The translations under genes and the position numbers were made by a program. Positions 58,012 through 64,000 of a stretch of DNA of 64,000 bases are shown here, in pieces. How positions within the stretch are numbered: the stretch's first letter is position 1; every line of letters begins with the position of its first letter. The notes under the pieces are model-generated. The model did not search any database and had not been told where the DNA came from. It saw nothing but the letters and a program-made list of their open reading frames with translations. The DNA comes from Alphaproteobacteria bacterium (lineage in GTDB: Bacteria; Pseudomonadota; Alphaproteobacteria; UBA7887): contig CBDCGL010000011.1 in assembly GCA_965216755.1 (NCBI GenBank), positions 3,424,001-3,488,000 of the forward strand. Direction: 5' to 3'.

Positions 58012-59268
58012 TCAGCTGCGTGTTGCAAGTAGCGCCGCGATATCGGCGCGATAGGCCTGGATCGCGGGTATCAACGACGCCGAAAGGCCAATGGCCAGGG
58101 CCAGGCCGACAACATAGGCCTCTTGGGCCAGCACCAAGCCGCCGGTCAGGCCGAGCTCTCGCGCTTCGGGCACGATCCGGCCAAGCAGTTCGGTGACGCC
58201 GTGACCCACAACCACCCCCAGCAGGGCGCCGGCCGCCGCCAACATCAGCCCTTCGACCAGCGGCTGCGCAAAAAGCGTCCGACGCGACGCACCAAGGGTG
58301 CGCATGACGGCCAAATCGTATCGTCGCTCCTGCATGGCGTTCGACAATGCGATAAACACGCTCAAGCCGGCCGTACCGACCAGCAACAGGCCAAAGCCGC
58401 GCAGCGTATCGAGACCTATGCCGACCAGCGACAGCAGGCGGCTCATTTCCAACGCCGGCGACGCGGCGAGCAGATGCTGTTTTTGATTGACTTGCACCGG
58501 CAGTTGGATGGCGGCGATCGGCGTCGTAAACCGGACCAAGAGCGCGGTCACTTCCAACGGTCGCGCGTCTGCGTGCGTTGCGTCTATTTCCGCGGCGTCA
58601 CCGTGCCCGTCCTGTTCCGCGTCGTGCCCATCATGTTCCGCGCCGTGTGGATCGATTCCGTGGGCCAGCCACACGCTTTCGATACTGGTCAACACCAACC
58701 GGTCGATGACGCTGTCGTTCGGTGTCAAAATGCCGACCACTTCCAATGGGTGGTCACCGTGTGTGGTGCCACCGGCGACCAAACCATGACTGCCGATAAA
58801 CTTGTCGCCGAGTCGTAGGCCGGTCTGTGCCGCGACGGTCGCGCCCAATGTCGCTTGGTGAGGTTCCGCCCACAGCGTGCCGGATGCCAGCTTGGCGCCG
58901 TAGTGGTCGACATAGGGTGTTTCCGTCCCGACGATGCGAAAGCCGGCGACATTGTCGCCCAACGCCAGCGGGAAAATCGCGTCCACCAACGGGCTCTGGC
59001 GCCAATAGGCGGCTTCTTCTAGCGGGATGTTACCGGTTGGAATGTCGGCGTGATAGATGCTCGACAAGACCAACTGCAGCGGGCTGCCGGGTGCGCCGAT
59101 GACCAGATCCAGGCCGCGGGCGTCGCGGGTCAAACGATTCTCGAATTGTGCGCCGAACAGCATCAAAACGATGATTGTGCCGATGCCCAGCGCCAGCAGC
59201 ACAATGTTGAGCAAGGCGTTCAGGGCGCGCCCGCGAAGATAGGCAAGGCTAAGCGACAGTAGATTCAC
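58012..59268 (-). CDS. MacB/FtsX-type ABC permease with His-rich loop
   Basis: DLVIGA.GSPLQLVLSSIYHAD.PTGNI, ERRYDLAVMRTLGA, HGIDPHGAEHDGHD. Confidence 0.88.
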   Translation of the reverse strand: MNLLSLSLAYLRGRALNALLNIVLLALGIGTIIVLMLFGAQFENRLTRDARGLDLVIGAPGSPLQLVLSSIYHADIPTGNIPLEEAAYWRQSPLVDAIFPLALGDNVAGFRIVGTETPYVDHYGAKLASGTLWAEPHQATLGATVAAQTGLRLGDKFIGSHGLVAGGTTHGDHPLEVVGILTPNDSVIDRLVLTSIESVWLAHGIDPHGAEHDGHDAEQDGHGDAAEIDATHADARPLEVTALLVRFTTPIAAIQLPVQVNQKQHLLAASPALEMSRLLSLVGIGLDTLRGFGLLLVGTAGLSVFIALSNAMQERRYDLAVMRTLGASRRTLFAQPLVEGLMLAAAGALLGVVVGHGVTELLGRIVPEARELGLTGGLVLAQEAYVVGLALAIGLSASLIPAIQAYRADIAALLATRS

Positions 59269-59942
59269 GGCACGGCGGACAGATCGAGGCGATGGTTGAA
59301 GTGCTCTTGCAGACGCGCGTCGTGGGTCGAAACCACCAAGGTGGCGTCGGATGCGCGCGCTTGCGCCAACAACAACGAAATCACCGCATCGCAATTGGCG
59401 TCGTCAAGCGCCGAAGTGGGTTCGTCCGCCAACACCAACGCCGGTTGATTGATCACGGCGCGCGCGATTGCTGCGCGCTGGCGCTCGCCATGGCTCAATT
59501 GTGCCGGTCGAGCGCCGGTGTGTCCACTAAGCCCCAATTCGTGCAATAGGCGGTCGATCGCCTGGCGATCGGGGGGCAACGCCGCCAACGAGCGCGCCAA
59601 GGCGATATTTTCATACACGGTGAGCGCCCCGATCAGATGCAGATTCTGAAGCACGATGCCGATGGTGCGGCCGCGGAACACGTCCAGCTCGGCCGGTCGC
59701 AACTGGCTGAGCGCGCGGCCGGTGACCAGAACCCGCCCTTGGCTGGGTCGCAACAGGCCGGCTATCAGATGCAACAATGTGCTTTTGCCGCAGCCGGACG
59801 GGCCGTTTATCAGTGCATGTTGCCCGGGTTTCACAATCCAATCATCGATGTCCAGAACCGTGCGCGCACCAAATCGCTGGCGAATTTCGCGGACTTCCAG
59901 GGCGGGCGGAACGGCGCCGGATGTTTCTTGTGATGCGTGCAT
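59265..59942 (-). CDS. ABC ATPase
   Basis: [27 protein letters not shown]. Confidence 0.92.
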   Translation of the reverse strand: MHASQETSGAVPPALEVREIRQRFGARTVLDIDDWIVKPGQHALINGPSGCGKSTLLHLIAGLLRPSQGRVLVTGRALSQLRPAELDVFRGRTIGIVLQNLHLIGALTVYENIALARSLAALPPDRQAIDRLLHELGLSGHTGARPAQLSHGERQRAAIARAVINQPALVLADEPTSALDDANCDAVISLLLAQARASDATLVVSTHDARLQEHFNHRLDLSAVP

Positions 59943-60061
59943 TCAGCGGTGTATCACGGCTGCGTCTTGAAATCGCCGGTGCTGCGGATCGTACTCAGAA
60001 CGGCGAGTCGCCAACATGCCATACGTTAAAGGCAAACGCGAATGAACGAACGACGCGGGCG

Positions 60062-61351
60062 TCACGATTTGCCGGCGTCTTCCTGCAAGGCCGCACCGGC
60101 GAGATAGAGCGAGCCGCAAATCAGCACACGCAACGGTGTTACGGTGCGGCCGAGCGCGGCAAAGGCGTCCGCCAGCGACGCCACGCCCGACGATCGCACG
60201 CGCAATTGGCGGCCGATTGCGGCGATGGCGTCGGCGGTGATGGCATTGGGCTGGCCTGGCACGGTCACGGCGACCAATTGGTCCGCAAACGGGGCGAGTG
60301 GCGCCAGGTACGCCAAAGGTGATTTGGAGGCGATCATGCCAACCACCAGAACCAGCGGACGAGTGTCGGTTTGCCGCCGCAATGTGTCGGCAAGGGCACC
60401 AGCCGCGGCGGCGTTATGGCCGCCGTCCAGCCAAACCGTGCTGCCTGACGGCAACCGCGCAGCCACGGCGCCCGTCAAACGTTGCAGGCGCGCCGGCCAG
60501 CAGGCCTCTCGGATGCCGTCGGTAATGGCGATTTGCGGAACAGCGAAACCCCGGAGATTTTGCAATCCGACCACGGCCATGGCGGCGTTGACGATTTGAT
60601 GCGGGCCGCGCAATCCGGGTTTGGGAAGATCGCGCCGCCCGGTCATCCGGGTAAGTAGAGCGAAACCAGCCGGGCCCACTTCCGCTGTCCAATCACGCCC
60701 GTAAACCGCGGCCGGCGCGCCGATCTGGCACGCGCGCGCGGCGATGGCGCGGCGCGCCACGGCCGGTTGTGGCCCGACAACAACCGGAACGTCGGATTTC
60801 AGAATGCCGGCTTTTTCCATGGCGATGGTGGCCAGGTCGTGGCCGAGAAATTCTTCATGATCGCGCGACACCGACGTGATCAGCGTGAGTCGCGGGTGGG
60901 CCACCATATTGGTGGCGTCCAGGCGCCCACCCAGGCCGGTTTCCAGCAAAAGTACGTCAGCCGCTACGTCGGCGAATGCCACAAAGGCCGCCGCTGTTGT
61001 GATCTCAAAAAATGTGATCGGTTGATCGCCGTTGGCGGCTTCGGTGGTTGCGATCACGCGCGCCAAATGCGCGTCACTGATCGCGGCGCCCGCCAGCACG
61101 ATGCGCTCGTTGAATCGAACCAGATGGGGTGATGTGTAGCGATGCACCCGATGGCCCGCGCGCGCGAGGATGGCGTCAAGAAATGCCACCACCGAACCTT
61201 TGCCGTTGGTGCCGGCAATATGGATCACGGGCGGCAGGTGGCGCTCAGGATGGCCCAGCGCGGCCAATAGGCGCGTCATGCGGCCCAGAGACAAGTCGAT
61301 TTTTTTCGGATGCAGTCGGCTGAGCCTGTCGAGCAAAGGGTCGGCGGTCAC
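60062..61351 (-). CDS. folC: Folylpolyglutamate synthase / dihydrofolate synthase
   Basis: IAGTNGKGS, YTSPHLVRFNERI, ETGLGGRLDATN, LDGGHN, GSLYLAG. Confidence 0.96.
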   Translation of the reverse strand: MTADPLLDRLSRLHPKKIDLSLGRMTRLLAALGHPERHLPPVIHIAGTNGKGSVVAFLDAILARAGHRVHRYTSPHLVRFNERIVLAGAAISDAHLARVIATTEAANGDQPITFFEITTAAAFVAFADVAADVLLLETGLGGRLDATNMVAHPRLTLITSVSRDHEEFLGHDLATIAMEKAGILKSDVPVVVGPQPAVARRAIAARACQIGAPAAVYGRDWTAEVGPAGFALLTRMTGRRDLPKPGLRGPHQIVNAAMAVVGLQNLRGFAVPQIAITDGIREACWPARLQRLTGAVAARLPSGSTVWLDGGHNAAAAGALADTLRRQTDTRPLVLVVGMIASKSPLAYLAPLAPFADQLVAVTVPGQPNAITADAIAAIGRQLRVRSSGVASLADAFAALGRTVTPLRVLICGSLYLAGAALQEDAGKS

Positions 61352-61812
61352 GGGCCGGCCGACGTCTTTGCGCGCAAGTTATCCGCGCCCAGATTTTTTT
61401 TCACCACCAGCAACAGGTCGACCAGACTTTCACGCTGCTGTTTTGATAGCCCGGCAACCAACATTTCATAGAGGTCTTGGGCCGGCGCGCGCATGCTGTC
61501 GATGATCGGCTGTGCTGCGGCGGTGAGAAAAATTCGCTTGGTGCGTCGGTCTTGGGGATCCGCTTTGCGTTCGACCCACCCCTTTGCCTCCAAACGATCG
61601 ACCAGGTTGCCCAATGCCACCTTGCCGATTTCCAAGACGTCAGCCAGTTCGGACTGGGCCAACCCCTGATCGCGGTAGATACAGGTCAGCAGCCACCATT
61701 GTGACCGGGTCAGCCCCAGTGCCATCACGCGCCGATCGAACGACGTGCGAGTCAAGCGGGCGACGTCACCCAGCAGGAAGCCAAGATTTCGATCAACATT
61801 CGAGTCTTGCAT
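61348..61812 (-). CDS. MarR family regulator (SlyA-like)
   Basis: LGFLL.DVARL, GLTRSQW, QSELA, DPQDRR. Confidence 0.92.
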   Translation of the reverse strand: MQDSNVDRNLGFLLGDVARLTRTSFDRRVMALGLTRSQWWLLTCIYRDQGLAQSELADVLEIGKVALGNLVDRLEAKGWVERKADPQDRRTKRIFLTAAAQPIIDSMRAPAQDLYEMLVAGLSKQQRESLVDLLLVVKKNLGADNLRAKTSAGP

Positions 61813-61836
61813 CGTTGCGAATTAATACTCTAGTGT

Positions 61837-61856
61837 ATTGTACACATATGTACAAT
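61837..61856. promoter_or_regulatory. Palindromic operator upstream of marR
   Basis: ATTGTACA-N4-TGTACAAT perfect 8-bp arms, 25 bp from the marR start. Confidence 0.6.
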
Positions 61857-61981
61857 CTGCCCACAGCAGTCGCGGCCCTTTGATTCGGCAAACTCGAAGC
61901 ATGACGTCGATCTGTCAAGTCGTACGCCATGCCAGGTGTTGGCGGGTCTCGGTCGTGAAAGACAGAAGGACACACTTCGTT

Positions 61982-62494
61982 ATGTTCAAGGTTGCCAGTC
62001 AGAAAACAGAATCAACTGCAAAAGGCAGGGCCAGACGCCGCGTGTTGGCGGCGGCCGGTGCCTTGGTGGTGGCGCTGGTGCTCGCCGCCGGTGCGGGTAC
62101 GAGGGATGCCATGGCACAAGATACTGACGCCAATGAAGCCGCTGTTCGGGATTTCGTCGCGGCGTGGTCGAATCTCGACGCGGAAGAGCTGGTCAGCTAT
62201 TTCACCGACGACGGCACCTATCACAACATGATGTTGGAGCCGGTCTCTGGGAAAGACAATCTTGTCCAGTTTATTGATGGGTTCTTGTCGAATTGGACGC
62301 AAACCGATTGGGAAATGATCAATATTATGGCCAGCGGCGACCTGGTTTTCGCCGAACGCATGGATCGTACCAAGATCGGTGATAAGTCAGTCGACCTCCC
62401 ATGCGTGGGTGTGTTCGAGATGGAGAACGGCAAGATCAAGGTCTGGCGCGACTATTTCGATCTCGCCACCTACACCAGCGCCTTTGCCGAGTAA
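61982..62494 (+). CDS. Limonene-1,2-epoxide hydrolase family (NTF2-like) with N-terminal signal peptide
   Basis: YHN, ERMD, GVFE, WRDYFD motifs; RRRVLAAAG..AMA-QD leader. Confidence 0.82.
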   Translation: MFKVASQKTESTAKGRARRRVLAAAGALVVALVLAAGAGTRDAMAQDTDANEAAVRDFVAAWSNLDAEELVSYFTDDGTYHNMMLEPVSGKDNLVQFIDGFLSNWTQTDWEMINIMASGDLVFAERMDRTKIGDKSVDLPCVGVFEMENGKIKVWRDYFDLATYTSAFAE

Positions 62495-62566
62495 GCGCAG
62501 CCAAGCGAGCGCCCGGCACGCGAGGGAATGATCCCCATGACGTGATCGCCCGTATATGATCACGTC

Positions 62567-63247
62567 ATGTGCGGACGCTACAGTTTCACCTCGCCGCCAG
62601 AGGCGGTGCGGCAGGTGTTTGCCTTTTCAGGGCCGCTGCCGAATTTCCCGCCGCGTTACAATGTCGCACCGACACAAGACGCGGCGGTCGTTCGGCTGGC
62701 GCCGGGCGACGACGGCCAAACAGGTGCCCGCGAACTCGCCCTGTTGCGCTGGGGCCTGGTACCGTCATGGTCGAAAGGGCCCGATCACCGCTACACGATG
62801 ATCAACGCGCGCGCAGAGACGGTGGCCAGCAAGCCCGCCTATCGCGCGGCGTTCAAGGCGCGCCGTTGCTTGGTGCCGTCCGACGGCTTCTATGAATGGA
62901 AAAAAATTGGGGGCCGCAAGCAACCCTATCGGTTCCAAGTGGCCGACGCAGATGTCTTCGCCTTCGCCGGCCTGTGGGAATTCTGGCAGCGGGGCGAGGA
63001 CACGATTGAGTCATTTACGATTATTGTCACCGAGGCGAACGATTTGGTCTGCCCGGTGCATGATCGCATGCCGGTTATCCTGGCACCCGAAGACCACGAG
63101 TCGTGGCTGCACGCAAAGACGGCCGCCGCCGCGCACGCGTTGCTGAAGCCGTTTCCGGCCGAACGCATGACCTCGTACGCGGTCAGCGGTCACGTCAACA
63201 ATGCCCGCCACGACGATCCAGAGTGCATCGCCCCGGCTTCCACATAG
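62567..63247 (+). CDS. SOS response-associated peptidase (SRAP/YedK family)
   Basis: MCGRY N-terminus, RYNVAPTQ, INARAET, GFYEW, HDRMP. Confidence 0.95.
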   Translation: MCGRYSFTSPPEAVRQVFAFSGPLPNFPPRYNVAPTQDAAVVRLAPGDDGQTGARELALLRWGLVPSWSKGPDHRYTMINARAETVASKPAYRAAFKARRCLVPSDGFYEWKKIGGRKQPYRFQVADADVFAFAGLWEFWQRGEDTIESFTIIVTEANDLVCPVHDRMPVILAPEDHESWLHAKTAAAAHALLKPFPAERMTSYAVSGHVNNARHDDPECIAPAST

Positions 63248-63317
63248 GCTGTACAGTGGTCGCCGCCGTGCGTCGCTCGCGGCGTGCGCGATCACGCCGA
63301 TATGCTATGGTACGGTG

Positions 63318-64000
63318 ATGATGATAGAAGATCGATTTCAGCCCCGGCGCAGCTTGATTTTCGCGCCCGGCAATCGCCCCGACATGTTTCCCAAGGCGTT
63401 AACGACCGGCGCCGACATCGTCTGTGTCGACTTGGAAGACGCGGTCGCGCCGCAGCACAAGGGCGACGCCCGCGATGCCACATTGGCGCTGTTCGACGCG
63501 CCGCAGGCCGACGATGGCATCGAACGCATCGTTCGGATCAACTGCTTGCGCGCGCGCGAAGGGGTGCGCGATGTCGGTGCAATCTTGGATGCACCCAACG
63601 CGCCGCTGGCGCTGATGATGACCAAGGTCGCCTCCGCCGACGAAGTGCGCATGCTGGACGAATTGTTGACCGAAGCGGGAAAGGCGACCCGCCTGCACGT
63701 AATTATCGAAACCAACCCCGGCCTGGAGGCATCTATTGCGATTGCCCAGGCCAGCCCGCGCATTGACTCGATATTGTTCGGCGCCGTCGACATGGCCGCG
63801 GAACTGCGCACCGAGGTCTCTTGGGACACGTTGTTATACGCCCGTTCCCGCCTGGTTCACGCGGCGGCTTCCGCCGATGTCGATTTGATCGACGTGCCGT
63901 TCCTCGACCTTGATGATATGGCCGGCCTGGAGCGTGAAGCGCGCGCCAGCGCGGCTCTCGGCTTTACCGGCAAAGCGGCCATCCATCCCAAGCAGATCGC
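63318..64000 (+). CDS. CitE-like CoA ester lyase (HpcH/HpaI aldolase family), runs off window
   Basis: Manual translation: RRSLIFAPGNRPDMFPKA..GADIVCVDLEDAV..VRIN..IIET..GFTGKAAIHPKQI; no stop codon in the window, so absent from the ORF track. Confidence 0.88.
   Translation, partial: MMIEDRFQPRRSLIFAPGNRPDMFPKALTTGADIVCVDLEDAVAPQHKGDARDATLALFDAPQADDGIERIVRINCLRAREGVRDVGAILDAPNAPLALMMTKVASADEVRMLDELLTEAGKATRLHVIIETNPGLEASIAIAQASPRIDSILFGAVDMAAELRTEVSWDTLLYARSRLVHAAASADVDLIDVPFLDLDDMAGLEREARASAALGFTGKAAIHPKQI

Overview
GC-rich alphaproteobacterial chromosome segment (Rhodospirillales-like, inferred from gene content and order). About 57 kb is recognisable core genome: yejABEF, a cycM-type cytochrome, kdsB, queG, fzlA-like GST, gltDB, uppP, tRNA-Leu, rnd, kdsD-lptCAB-rpoN-hpf-ptsN-hprK-rapZ-EIIA-HPr-ahcY-tsaE-amgK-murU-addB-addA-trxA, two DUF3299/ABC modules, folC, SRAP and a CitE-like gene running off the right edge. 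The first ~7 kb is an accessory hotspot at tRNA-Ser(GGA) with three parts. (1) A ~4 kb AT-richer islet bounded by an 18-bp repeat of the tRNA 3' end, holding a broken DUF6538 integrase, a ~120-bp IS3 left-end remnant, a Zn-ribbon/DUF4145(HEPN-like) gene and a secreted protein. (2) An intact RAYT (HUH) transposase between two ~90-bp REPIN-like hairpins. (3) A full-length tyrosine-recombinase homologue that appears to have lost most catalytic residues. Other oddities: YejA with a C-terminal membrane anchor, a tandem two-heme CycM, a candidate anti-SD sRNA and a 3x25-bp repeat downstream of gltB, and a putative Zur box in the doubled DUF3299/ABC locus. All calls come from motif recognition by eye. 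No database searches were run, and several start codons were adjusted from the ORF track.
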